The notes beneath the pieces were generated by a model. The model was not told where the DNA came from. It ran no database searches and was given only the letters and a program-made list of their open reading frames with translations. 64,000 nt of DNA from Malacoraja senta. Its lineage: Eukaryota. The number at the start of each line of letters is the position of its first letter. Positions within the stretch are counted from its first letter, which is position 1. This document shows, one piece after another, positions 23,773-36,545 of the stretch. The DNA lies in NCBI GenBank assembly GCA_038087875.1, contig CM075996.1, positions 2,916,001 through 2,980,000 on the forward strand, given 5' to 3'. Position numbers and translations under genes: made by a program.

Positions 23773-26772
23773 GTAAGATGGACCTCCCGACGTCTATACT
23801 CAATACTGTGACTGATGACACTTTGTGTCTATCCCCCGGTTTAAACAAGCTTCTGCAGTTGCTTCCTGCACTGTACAATGATGCTGGTTTCGCGAGTGGG
23901 GTGGAACACATATCTCTAACAAGGAACATTGATCAGTCCGGGTGTCAGGGGTTACGGGGCGAAGGCAGGAGAATGGGACTGAGAGGGAGAGATAGATCAG
24001 CCACGATTGAATGGTGCGGAGTAGACTGGATGGGCCGAATGGCCTAAATCTGCTCCTATAACTGATGGGCGTGAAGCCAGGAGAGTAAAATTGGTGTTTT
24101 ATTAAGGCTGAAACCGCTCAGCGGAGAGTCAAGGGAAATGAAAAGCGCTTACCTCTCGGTTTCAAGCCCTAGTTCCTCTATAAGGCGACATTGAGACTGT
24201 AGACTGTGGGCTGCTTGCTTCCTTCTGACTCCTCCCAATGCCGGCCTCTTCATTGAAGGCAAATGGACACAGGCTCCCCGCGACACACTGGAAAAGTTTC
24301 ACCTCATTTCCCAGATATCTCCAGCAGGGCATGTGTGAAGTATCCTGGTTTTTTTTTTTTTCCCGTTGTCTAACGAAAATCGTAACGTGCCTAGTCTGCG
24401 AGGAGTAGGCGTCAAGGGTTAGGAGGGTAAACAGCGGCTCCCCCCACCCTCCTTCTCGCCGACACTTGGGCCGGGACTTTCGGGACTGGGGAGTTCCGAG
24501 GACAGAGAAACAGCGTCATACGAGGCCGGGAAGGGTGGACTCGAGGGAACAGCTGGGGCTTTTTGGTGCTTCTGTTAAATATGTATGTGAAAGCCTCGGT
24601 CATTTCTTTTTCCGAGTTTGGTCAAAGCTATGGAGAACAGCAAGATAGACAGCAGCCACACGAAGCTGGCCACAGGACCGGCCACTTGTGGCTGAAGGAC
24701 GACACTTAGTCATGGGAAATGTGGCTTTTTAGATTTTAAATTTTTTTTAAAATTTAATTCTTTATTTCGAACAGAATAAAAGAATAAAAAGCAAGTGTGA
24801 AACAGCATACAAAAAACAAAACAAGAATATTTATAAAGTGTCATAAGCAATATCTATAAATAAATTAAATCGGATGTGTCCGAAAAGAAGCAGGAAGAAG
24901 CCAAAGCTTATTAATTCCCACCCCTTATTCAACTGCTTATAATTATCTGATACAAATTTAGCAGCTATATGATAGATAGATAGATAGATTACTTTATTAT
25001 CATTCAGACCTTTCGTCCACCATATGTACACCAGCAGCTATATGTACACCAAATTATTTACATTTATACACAAATCAAATATTTACAAAGCCAAAACCCC
25101 CCCCAAAAAACAAGTTTATTTACTAAGTGTTTAAGAAGGAACTGCAGATGCGGTAAAATCGAAGGTAGACAAAAATGCTGGAGAAACTCAGCGGGTGCAG
25201 CAGCATCTATGGAGCGAAGGAAATAGGCAACGTTTCGGGCCGAATCCCTCCTTCGGACTGATAGGGGGTGGGCGGGGAGAAGAAAGGACTGTCTCCGGAG
25301 AGAGGAGGAGAACTTCTTCAAAGTGGGCATACCTTGAGGGGATTTCGCAGTGGAGTGGACAAAGTGTTTAGGAAGGAACTGCAGATGCTGGAAAATCGAA
25401 GGTAGACAAAAATGCTGGAGAAACTCAGCGGGTGCAGCAGCATCTATGGAGCGAAGGAAATAGGCAGTTTAGTTTAGTTTAGTTTGATATAGTTTAGTTT
25501 AGTACAGGAAAGTTTGTTTTAGTTGAGTTTAGTTGAGTTTAGTTTAGCTTAGTTTAGGTTTAATCTTGCAAGGTGCAGCGGTAGAATTGCCAACTTCAGT
25601 AACCCAGTTCGTGCTTTCTCCCCAAATCCCTTGAATCCATTAGCCCTAGGAGCTAAATCTACCTCTCTCTTGAGTGAGAGGTGCTTGCAAAGGAGTTTCC
25701 AAGGGAGACTTGCTCTCGGAGTGGGGATTTCAGAGAGTGAAATATTCTGAAGAGGGCAAACTCCAAGGGGGGCAAGGTAGTGAACAGTGAAAGGCCTGGA
25801 TGGATTGGATGTGGAGAGGATGTTACCACTTAAAAACCAAAAAAACCCCCAAATTGTAATCAATTATTTACAAAAATGATATGTACCATACACAACAATA
25901 CAAACCAACCAACCACCATAATAGAAAGTAAAACAGATATTCTTAAATTCTGAATATTAAATAACAATTTCCCCATCCTTATTTAAGAAACATTCCACCC
26001 CCCACCCCCCGCGGTGCCCAGCGGTCCCGGAAATCCCCCAGGGTGGGTGCAAAACCACCCGGGCGAGGATGTTTCCACTCGTGGGAGAGTCCGGGATTAG
26101 AGGGCAAAGCGACGACGAAGGAGGGGTCAATTTGCCGCGAACAAGTGACCAAGAAGCACAACAATGACGAGCAAAACAATTCCACGCTCGACAAACCCGG
26201 AATAGCACCACGCTGGCTGGCAGCGGTATCAGGGGTTATGGGGTGAAGGTAGGAGAATGGAGGTTAGGAGGGAGAGAGAGATCAGCCGTGATGGAATGGG
26301 AAAGCAATCTTGATGGGCCTAATTCTTAGTCCTATCACTTCTGACCTTACGGCTGTACATGTACAGCAGCATAGGTAGGCACTGTGATGTAATTAAAGTA
26401 AAAGGGGAGATGTGATGTAACTAAAGTGAAGGGGGAGATGTGATGTATATGTAATGTAATATGTAATGTAAATGCCAGTGCCCCTTGAGGCCAAAAGCAG
26501 AAGCTGGCAAATGTACCTGCGCCTCGTGACTGAGGTCCAAGTGACCTTCTGGAAGTTTCAGTTGATTGCAGATTAAACCTTTCCTACAAGATGTCGAACG
26601 TGTATTCATTGTGCTAGTCAAGACGTGGTCTTACGGAAGACATTACAGGCACCACTGAGGGAGAAAGGGAAAGAGTTAATGGAGCAAATGATGAATTTTA
26701 ACCAGATGCTTCTGGTTTCGAAGCGTTTAAACTGTTACAAATGATTTGGTGGGCCCCGGAACGGCCTTACTG

Positions 26773-27135
26773 AATAGTGAAAGGCCTGGGTAGAGTGGAT
26801 GTGGAGAGGATGTTTCCACTAGTGGGAGAGTCTAGGACCAGAGGCCACAGCCTCAGAATAAAAGGACATTCCTTTAGGAAGGAGATGAGGAGGAATTTCT
26901 TCAGTCAGAGGGTGGTGAATCTGTGGAATTCATTGCCACAGAAGGCTGTGGAAGCCAAGTCAGTGGGTATTTCTAAGGCGGAGATTGACAGATTTTTGAT
27001 TAGGTACGGTGTCAGGGGTTATGGGAAGAAGGCAGGAGAATGGGGTTGAGAGGGAAAGATAGATCAGCCATGAATGAATGGCGGAGTAGACTTGATGGGC
27101 CGAGTGGCTTTATTCAGCTCCTGGAACTTATGAAA
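26773..27135 (+). mobile_element. CR1 LINE 3' fragment
   Basis: RVDVERMFPLVGESRTRGHSL.. Confidence 0.9.
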
Positions 27136-27214
27136 AGCCAGAAGCACTGAGGGAAGCAGTGACATTGTAGCTTTTCACTGTACCTCGGTACACGTGACAA
27201 TAAACTAAACTCAT

Positions 27215-27620
27215 ACTTCCTTAGAAGGCTTGGGAAGCTCGGCATGTCCCCAACAACCCTCATCAACTTCTACAGATGCAGTGTGGAAGGAAGGCATCGT
27301 ATCGGGGGGGCATCACAGCCTGGTTTGGGAACAGCTCCACCCAAGACAGCAAGGATCTGCAGAGAGTGGTGGACGCAGACCAGACCATCGCACAAATCAA
27401 CCTCCCTCCCATTGACTCCATCCACACTTCACATTGCCTCGGCAAGGCCAGCAGCAGCATCGAGGACCAGTCTCACCTCTTCTCCCCTCTCCCATCAGGC
27501 AAGAGGTAGAGAAGTGTGAAAACACACATCTCTAGATTCAGGGACAGTTTCTTCCCAGCTGTTGTCAGGCAACTGAACCATCCTCTCACCAACTAGAATG
27601 CAGTCCTGACCTCCCACCTA
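27215..27620 (+). mobile_element. Rex1/Babar LINE 3' fragment
   Basis: LINFYRC..ITAWFGNS..LQRVV..LPPIDSI..LFSPLPSGKR, typical of the Rex1 RT C-terminus. Confidence 0.8.
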
Positions 27621-27671
27621 CTTCTTTGAAGACCTTGAATCGAACTTTATCGAAGTTATATCTCTGTACTA

Positions 27672-28262
27672 AATAGACAACAGACAATAGACAATAGGTG
27701 CAGAAGTAGGCTATTCGGCCCTTCGAGCCAGCACCGCCATTCAATGTGATCATGGCTGATTATCCCCAATCAGTACCCCGTTCCTGCCTTCTCCCCATAT
27801 CCCCTGACTCCGCTATCTTTAAGAGCCCTATCTAGCTCTCTCTTGAAAGTATCCAGAGAACCTGCCTCCACCGCCCTCTGAGACAGAGAATTCCACACTC
27901 ACCACTCTCTGTGTGAAAAAGTGTTTCCTCATCTCCATTCTAAATGGCTTACCCCTTATTCTTAAACTGTGGCCCCTGGTTCTGGACTCCCCCAACATCG
28001 GGAACATGTTTCCTGCCTCTAGTGTGTCCAAACCCTTAATAATCTTATATGTTTCAATAAGAATCCCTCTCATCCTTCTAAACTCCAGAGTGTACAAGCC
28101 CAGCCGCTCCATTCCCTCAGCATCCGACAGTCCCGCCATCCCGGGAATTAACCTGGTGAACCTACGCTGCGCTCCCTCAATAGCAAGAATGTCCTTCCTC
28201 AAATTAGGGGACCAAAACTGCACACAATACTCCTAGTGAGGCGTGGTCTCACTAGGGCCCTA
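27672..28262 (-). mobile_element. CR1 LINE 3' fragment
   Basis: VQFWSPNLRKDILAIEG..RRFTRLIPG.. Confidence 0.9.
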
Positions 28263-28427
28263 AATGTTGTGCCTTTTATCTTTTGTGCACTTTGAATGGC
28301 TTGATTGTAATCCCGCATAGTCTTTTGCTTTTAAGAAGGAACTGCAGATGTTTGAAAATCGAAGGTACACAAAAATGCTGGAGAAACTCAGCGGGTGCAG
28401 CAGCATCTATGGAGGGAAGGAGATAGG

Positions 28428-28456
28428 TAACGTTTCGGGCCGAAACCCTTCTTCAG
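28428..28456 (-). ncRNA. Minimal hammerhead motif, second Penelope subfamily
   Basis: Reverse strand reads CUGAAGA-A-GGGU(UUCG)GCCC-GAAA-C-GUU; stem II is kept through a U-G pair. Confidence 0.55.
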
Positions 28457-28811
28457 ACTGATAGGGGGTGGGGGGAGGCGGGGAGAAGAAAGGAAGGAGA
28501 AAGGAGGAGGAGGAGCCCGAGGACTGAGGTGGGAAGGGGAGGAGACAGCAAGGGTTAACAGAATTGTGAGAATTCTGAAGAAGGGTTTCGGCCCAAAACG
28601 TTGCCTATTTCCTTCGCTCCATAGATGCTGCTTGCACCCGCTGAGTTTCTCCAGCATTTTTGTCTACCTGTGAGAATTCAATGTTCATGCCACATAGTCC
28701 CGCATAGTCTTTTGTTTTGCTGGTTTAACATGCAAACAAAAGCTTTTCACTGCAGCTCGGTACACGTGACAATAAACGAAACTGTCGACCTCTTAAACTG
28801 TAGAAACTCAG

Positions 28812-29153
28812 CTGTACGGGCGCAATGGGCTAAGTGTTCGGCTGGCAACCGGAAGGTAGCCGGTTTGAATCCCGCTTGGAGTGCATACTGTCGTTGTGTC
28901 CTTGGGCAAGACACTTCACCCACCTTTGCCTGCGTGTGAATGTGTGTGAATGTGTGTGAGTGATTGGTGGTGGGCGGAGGGGCCGTAGGCGCAGATTAGC
29001 AGCCACGCTTCCGTCAGTCTGCCCCAGGGCAGCTGTGGCTACAGAAGTAGCTCACCACCACCGAGTGTGACTGAGGAGTGAATGAATAATGCGATGTAAA
29101 GCGCCTTGAGTATTAGAAAGGCGCTATATAAATCCCATCCATTATTATTATTA
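28812..29153 (+). mobile_element. tRNA-derived CORE-type SINE with an L2-derived tail
   Basis: tRNA-like head (GGTTTGAATCC B-box), CORE-like GTTGTGTCCTTGGGCAAGACACTT, tail TGTAAAGCGCCTTGAG..AAAGGCGCTATATAAAT..(ATT)n. Confidence 0.8.
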
Positions 29154-30929
29154 TAAGCATATATGGCAGTAGTAAACAAAACTAAGCTAAACTAAGAAGA
29201 GGAGAGACCAGCACTCCAGGGGTTAATGTTATCAGCTGTCCAGTAAAACAAGAAGTTATCGGAAAAACTGTCCACATTCTACTTTGTTGATGACTCAGCC
29301 GGAAGGTGTGACAAGCAGCAATGTTTGGCTGAGACTGGTGTTACTGGTTTGGCAAAGCTGTGTTAATGGAAGCTGTGCACTGAGCTATAGTTCAGTTTAG
29401 AAACAATGGGTGGTTACAGGCCCTTCGGCCCACCGAGCCCGCACCGACCAGCGACCCCCTGCACATATTATCACTACCCTGCAAACACTAGGGACAATTT
29501 TACACTCATACATTCATTGTCAGGCAACTGAACCATCCTCTCACCAACTAGAGTGTGGTCCTGAAGCCAATTAACCCTCAAACCTGGACGTCTTCGGAGT
29601 GGATATTTTTCAATGGATATTTTTAAGGCGGAGATAGATAGATTCTTGATTAGTACGGGTGTCAGGGGTTATGGGGAGAAGGCAGGCGAATGGGGTTAGG
29701 AGGGAGAGATAGATCAGCGATTGAATGGCAGAGTAGACTCGATGGGCCGAATGGCCTAATTCTGCTTCTATCACATGACCGTATGAAACTGTCTTGGATA
29801 CACCTCATACATTCTGCCCTTTCTAAGTTTAAATGTGACCCATTCCTTCCCTCCAGAGACGCTGCCTGTCCCGCTGAGTTACTCTGGCATTTTGTGTCTA
29901 TCTTCGGTGTAAACCAGCATCTGCAGTTCCTTTCTCCACCTGTCCATCTCCGCTTTAAATATACCCAAAAACTTGGCCTCCTCAACCGTCTGTGGCAATG
30001 AATTCCACAGATTCACCACCCTCTGACTAAAGTCAAGTCAAGTCAAGAGAGTTGTATTGTCATGTGTCCCAGATAGGACAATGAAATTCTTGCTTTGCTT
30101 CAGCGCAACAGAATATTGTCGGCATAAATACAGAACAGTTCAGTTCAATATACACATAAATAAGCAGATAAAGTGCAATAGGCTCTTACTGTTCAGAGTC
30201 TGTTTGTTGGCGAGTTTAATAGCCTGATGGCTGTGGGGAAGTAGCTGTTCCTGAACCTGGATGTAACAGATTTCAGGCTCCTGTACCTTCTGCCCAATGG
30301 TGGCAGGGAGATGAGTGCGTGGCCAGGACGGTGTGGGTCCTTGATGATGTTATCTCCTTCGAGCGGTGCAGGCTCGTAGGGCCAAATGGCAATAGCCAAT
30401 AGACAATAGACAATAGGTGCAGGTGGAAGCCATTTGGCCCTTTGAGCCAGCACTGCCATTCAATATGATCATGGCTGATCATCCCCAATCTGTACCCCGT
30501 TCCTGGCCTCCTCCTGCACCTATTTTCTATGTTTCTAAAGGTACGTCCTTTAATTCTGAGCCTGCGCACTCTTGTCCTCGACGCTCCCACTAGTGAAAAC
30601 ATCCTCTCCACATCCACCTTATGCAGGGAGGTGGAATACTGTACATAAATACAATCAGACCCAACTCAAGTACAATGGGTAGAGAGAAGGGGAAGATACA
30701 GACCCTTCTTCAGACTGAGTCAGTGAGACACGTAGATAAGGAAGTGTGAGGTGTGAAAATAGGACAAAGGGGATGGAGTTCAAGAAAATGTAGAGATCAA
30801 TGGAAATTGTTAGCTCAGCAAAGGTATGTATCTCCCTCTCCCCTGCTGGAGTAACTCAGCGGGACAGGCAGCATCTCTGGAAAGAAGGGAGGGGTGACAT
30901 TTTGGGTCGAGTCGAGACCCTCCTTCAGT

Positions 30930-30958
30930 CTGAAGAAGGGTCTCGACCCGAAACGTCA
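30930..30958 (+). ncRNA. Minimal hammerhead ribozyme motif in a Penelope-derived repeat
   Basis: Perfect CTGAAGAAGGGTCTCGACCCGAAACGTCA. Confidence 0.6.
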
Positions 30959-31934
30959 CCCATTCCTTCTCTCCGGAGACGCTGCCTGTCCCGCTGAGTT
31001 ACTCCAGCACTTTGTGTCTATCTTCAGTTTAAGCCAGCTTCCTACACATTGTAGCCCAACAGTTCCATAGACAAAGTCCAATGTCTCCAAGGGGGGTAGA
31101 GGTGAACCGGGCAGCACCCTAGATTGCGGAAGGAACGTTCAGAAGCCAGATAACAAAAAAAGACGAACTTGTGGGGATGTGGCAAGTTTCAGTCGAGAAA
31201 CCTCCACTTCCTTTTATTTATTTAGACTTGTCAATGTTCTACCCTCTCTTTTCCTTCCTCTTTTTTTTTCTTAATAGTAAACAAAAGGGACGGAAAAAAT
31301 TGTGCATCAACATAAAGATCTTGCTTCTTGGAATTATTAACCAAGAGGACCATACTGAACTCATCTTTCTGCCTTGTCAAGTCAAGTCAAGTTTATTCGT
31401 CACATACGCATACGAGATGCGCGGTGAAATGAAAAAGTGGCGATGCTCGCGGATTTGTGCAAAAAAAAACAAAACAAACCAGACTACAAACAGAATGGAA
31501 CAGAATCACATATTCTTTTACATATTACATATTGTGGGAGGGAGGAAAAAGGAGAAAAAACCCAGCAATTTAAATAAAACAGTAGAATGGTTCAGTAAAG
31601 TTAGTCCCTGGTGAGATAGGAGTTTACAGTCCGAATGGCCTCTGGGATGAAACTCCTTCTCATCCTCTCCGTTCTCACAGCATGGCAACGGAGGCGTCTT
31701 CTTATTTCTCCCGCTGGTGTGAAGTAAATTTGCGCTCACTGCCAATGTCTCTCGTGTCCCTCTCCCCAGACTAGTCTGAAGATGGGTCTCGACCCGCAAC
31801 GTCACCCATTCCTTCTCTCCAGAGATGCTGCCTGTCCCGTTGAGTTACTCCAGCTTTTTGCGGCTATCTTTGGTTTAAACAAACATCTGCAGTTCCTTCC
31901 TGCACAGTGAAAAGCTTTGTTGTTGTGTGCTATC

Positions 31935-32440
31935 CTTCTTGCTATTGACGGAGTGCAGCGTAGGTTTACAAGGTTAATTCCCGGGATGGCGGGACTGTCA
32001 GATGCTGAGAGAATGGAGCAGCTGGGCTTGTACACTCTGGAGTTCAGAAGGATGAGGGGGATCTCATTGTAACATATAAGATTGTTAAGGGTTTGGACAC
32101 GCTAGAGGCAGGAAACATGTTCCCGATGTTGGGGGAGTCCAGAACCAGGGGCCACAGTTTAAGAATAAGGAGTAAGCCATTTAGAACGGAGACGAGGAAA
32201 CACTTTTTCTCACAGAGAGTGGTGAGTCTGTGGAATTCTCTGCCTCAGAGGGCGGGGGAGGCAGGTTCTCTGGATGCTTTCAAGAGAGAGCTAGATAGGG
32301 CTCTTAAAAATAGCGGAGTCAGGGGATATGGGGAGAAGGCAGGAATGGCGTACTGATTGGGGATGATCAGCCATGATCACATTGAATGGCGGTGCTGGCT
32401 CGAAGGGCCAAATGCACCTATTGTCTATTGTCTATTGTCT
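31935..32440 (+). mobile_element. CR1 LINE 3' fragment
   Basis: ORF2 C-terminus plus tail. Confidence 0.9.
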
Positions 32441-34099
32441 ATCCAGTCAGCAGAAAGAGAATACATGATTATAGCCTCTCCTCTCCCCCCCCCCCCCCCT
32501 TTCTTCCTCTCCCTGCATCATCTCTCTTTTTCCTCACACTTTCACACTCCCTCTCTCCCTCCCTTTAACTTTAGGCTTTTGACTTCAAAGGTACACCGCA
32601 GAAACAGGTCAGACAAATGGAGTAACTCAACTAAGATAGACACAAAACGCTGGAGTAACTCAGTGGGACAGGCAGCATCTCTGGAGAGAAGGAATGGGTG
32701 ACGTTTCGGGTCGAGACTCTTCTTCAGATGTCACCCATTCCTTCTCTCCAGAGATGCAGCCTGACCCGCTGAGTTACTCCAGCTTTTTGTGTCTATCTTC
32801 AGTTGAAACCAGCATCTGCAGTTCCTTCCTACACGTAGAAGTTGGGAGGTCATGTTGCAGTTGTATAAGACATTGGTGAGGCCACATTTAGAGTATAGAA
32901 CACTGCTAATATCTTATGACTAAATGTGTAGGAAGGAATTGCAGTTGCTGGTTTAAACCAAAGATAGACACAAAATGCTGGAGTAACTCAGCGGGTCAGG
33001 CAGCATCTCTGGAGGGAAGGAATAGGTCATGTTTCGGGTCTGAAGAAGGGTCCTGATCCCGAAACGTCACCCATTCCTTCTGGGTTACTCCTTGTGTCCA
33101 AACTCTAGCTTGTAAACAAACTAAAGTTTAGTTTAGAGATACAGCGTGGAAACAGGCCATTCGGCCCACCGAGTCCGTGCCGAGCAGTAATCCCCACTCA
33201 CTAACACTATCCTACACACACCAGGGACAATTTACAATTTTACCAAGTGTGGGAGCACCTGGAGAAAACCCACGCGGTCATGGTGAGAACGTAAAAACTC
33301 AGTGCTGACAGCATCCGAGGTGAGGATGGAACCGGGGTCTCTGGCGCTGTGAGGCAGCAACTCTACCGCAGCGCCTCAAAATGTTTTATTTGGTGTTGGA
33401 AGTGAAGAATTCCTCCCGCCCTCTCCTCCCTCCTCTCACACCACCCTTCCGCCTTTTACTCTGCCATGTGCCACCGATCCACTCGTGCTTGGACCCAGGG
33501 AGAACATTAAACCCGTCGCCAACGACTTTTGTTGATGCGTTTCAAGCCCAGAGAAAAATATTTCCCTTTGTTTGTGCTGCTACTTGTCCGGACCTGCGAG
33601 CAGTTTCAGTGTTAGTGGCGACAGGTTCAGAGTTCCAACTCGTCACGCCTGGGGTTGTTGCCGACACCTGGCTGTGTACGCTGATGGAAATGGGTTTTAG
33701 GAACTAGGGGTACTCTAAGGTCCGTGAGGCTGAGGTTGGGAAGGAAGGGGGGGGGGGTTCATGTGCGGTCATACCCATGTAAGAGTACAAGATTGCATAA
33801 CTTGTTTATTGTGTATTTATAATATAGTTTATTGTGTATAATAGACAATAGACAACAGGTGCAGGAGTAGGCCATTTGGCCCTTCGAGCCAGCACCGCCA
33901 TTCAATGTGATCATGGCTGATCATCCCCAATCAGTACCCCGTTCCTGCCTTCTCCCCATATCCCCTGACTCCACTATTTTTAAGAGCCCTATCTAGCTCT
34001 CTCTTGAAAGCATCCAGACAACCTGCCTCCATCGCCCTCTGAGGCAGAGAATTCCACACACTCACCACTCTCTGTGAGAAAAAGTGTTTCCCCGTTCTA

Positions 34100-34440
34100 A
34101 ATAATAATAATAATAATGGATTTTATTTACGGGCGCCTTATACCGAGGTCTCAAGGACACCATACAGAGATTTATAGAAAACATATAATCAGAATTTAAA
34201 AAAAAAAAAGGTTATAAAGACCAATACATAAATCAGGGACAGAATTCCTTCCAAAAACACAAAAAAAAGAAAATCAGAAGCACAATTTGAGGAGAGAGCA
34301 GCGGCAATTTAACGCCAGCGTCCACTCTCCCCTCCGACCGCCATCTTGAACACAGACTAACAAATACAATTACAAACAATTACATACAAAAATCATCCCT
34401 CCACAATGATTTCCACTGTGGGGGAAGGCACAATGTCCAG
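34100..34440 (-). mobile_element. Non-autonomous retroelement with an L2-type tail (related piece at about 40520-40715, +)
   Basis: Minus strand ends TGT..GGTGTCCTTGAG..AAGGCGCC..TAAATAAAAT..(ATT)n; shares CTCCTCAAATTGTG.TTCTGATTTT with the 40520 region. Confidence 0.6.
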
Positions 34441-35021
34441 GAGTAAATGGCTTACTCCTTATTCTTAAACTGTGGCCCCTGGTTCTGGACTCCCCCAACA
34501 TCGGGAACATGTTTCCTGCCTCTAGCGTGTCCAAGCCCTTAACAATCTTATATATTTCAATGAGATCTTCTCTCATCCTTCTAAACTCCAGAGTGTACAA
34601 GCCCAGCTGCTCCATTCTCTCAGCATATGACAGTCCCACCATCCCGGGAATTAACCTTGTAAACCTACGCTGCACTCCCTCAATAGCAAGTATTATATGT
34701 CATAGCTGCTTCTTGCATCTGTCTCTCTCAGACAGACGAAAGCAATGATCATAGAGTGGAATAGATGACATTTCGGGTCGAGACCCTTCTTCAGACTGAC
34801 AGTCAAGGGAAAGGGAAACAGGAGATATAGGCATATCTTCCATTCATTTGTCCTTAGTCCCGTCTATATCTCTTGTTCCTCTTTCCCCTGACTCAGTCTG
34901 AAGAAGGGTCTCGACCCGAAATGTCATCAATTCCACTCTATGATCGTTGCTTTTGTCCGTCTGTCCACTCGCCCTTGGATTAAGTAGCGCAGGATAAAGC
35001 TGTGAATTCACTCCATTCCTC

Positions 35022-35360
35022 TCCCATTCCCAATCTGACCTTTCTGTCCTGGGCCTCCTCCATTGTCAGAGCGAGGCCCAGCGCAAATTGGAGGAGCATC
35101 ACCTCATATTTCGCTTGGGCAGCTCACACCCCAGCGGCATGAACATTGACTTCTCTAACTTCAAGTAGCCCTTGCTTTCCCTCTCTCTCCATCCCCTCCC
35201 CCTTCCCAGTTCTCCCACCAGTCTTACAGTCTCCGACTCTATTCTATCTCTGTCCCACTCATCCCTGACATCAGTATGAAAAAGGGTCTCGACCCGAAAC
35301 GTCACCCATTCCTTCTCTCCAGAGATGCTGCTTGTTCCGTTGAGTTACTCCAGCATTTTA
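35022..35360 (+). mobile_element. Penelope-like element 3' end: GIY-YIG endonuclease C-terminus plus terminal repeat
   Basis: 35022-35168 translates SHSQSDLSVLGLLHCQSEAQRKLEEHHLIFRLGSSHPSGMNIDFSNFK*, followed by the abundant hammerhead-bearing repeat. Confidence 0.8.
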
Positions 35361-36545
35361 CATAGATACATAGAAAATAGGTGCAGGACTAGGCCATTCG
35401 GCCCTTCGAGCCATTCAATGTGATCATGGCTGATCATCCACAATCAGTACCCCATTCCTGCCTTCTCCCCATATCCCTTGATTCCACTAGCCCTAAGAGC
35501 TCTATCTAACTCTCTTTTGAATGCATCCAGTGAGTCGGCCTCCACTGCCTTCTGAGGCAGAAAACTCCACAAATTCACAACACTCTGGGTGAAACGTTTT
35601 TTCCTCATCTCAGTTCTAAATGGCCTACCCCTTATTCTTAAACTGTGGCCCCTGGTTCTGGACTCCTTCAACATCGGGAACATGTTTCCTGCTTCTAGCA
35701 TGACCAATCCCTTAATAATGTTATGTTTCTACAAGATCCCCTCTCACCCTTCTAAATTCCACTGGATACAAGCCCAGTCGTTCCATTCTTTCATCATATG
35801 ACATTTCTGCCAGCCCTAGAATTAACCTCGTGAAACTACGTTGCACTCCCTCAATAGCAAGAATGTCCTTCCTCAAATTAGGAGACCAAAACTGCACACA
35901 ATACTCCAGTTGTGGTCTCACCAGGGCCCTGTACAACTGCAGAAGGACCTCTTTGCTCCTATACTCAAATCCTATCATTATGAAGGCCAACATGCCATTC
36001 GTTTTCTTCACTGCCTGCTGTTTCTTGCATGCTTACTTGCAGTAACTGATGTACAAGCACACCCAGGTCTCGTTGCACTTCCCCTTTTCCTAATCTGACA
36101 CCATTACAGAAGAAGGGTCTCGACCCAAAACGTCACCCATTCCTTTGCTCCAGAGATGCTGCCTGACCTGCTGAGTTACTCCAGCATTTTGTGTCTACCT
36201 GCCATTCAGATGATAATCTACCTCTTGTTCTTGCCACTAAAGTGGATAACCTCACATTTATCCACATTATACTGCATCTGCCACGCATCTTCCCACTCAC
36301 CCAGCCTATCCAAGTCACCCTGCATCCTCATAGCATCCTCTTCACAGTTCACACTGCCACCCAGCTTTGTGTCATCGCCAAATTTGCTAATGTTACTTTT
36401 AATTCCTCCATCTAAATTATTAATATATATTGTGAATAGCTGCGGTCCCAGCACCGAGCCTTGAGGTACCCCACTAGTCACGGCCTGCCATTCTGAAAGG
36501 GAACCGTTAATTCCTACTCTTGGTTTCCTGTCTGCCAACCAATTT
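35360..36545 (-). mobile_element. CR1 LINE ORF2 fragment (RT C-terminal half), internally deleted and interrupted
   Basis: GVPQGSVLGPQLFTIYIN..KFGDDTKL..; LYRALVRPQLEYCVQFWSP. Confidence 0.9.

Noticed and set aside
25560..26260. Oddly scrambled CR1/L1-like sequence with novel-looking ORFs
   Set aside because: Looks like a heavily corrupted repeat or low-quality consensus; 9930-10400 is similarly rich in homopolymers. No coherent coding signal.
33381..33720. Unique island with a 108-aa ORF, considered as a possible receptor cytoplasmic exon
   Set aside because: The ORF is on the wrong strand; the minus-strand frames I checked are short and lack Box1 or recognisable motifs.
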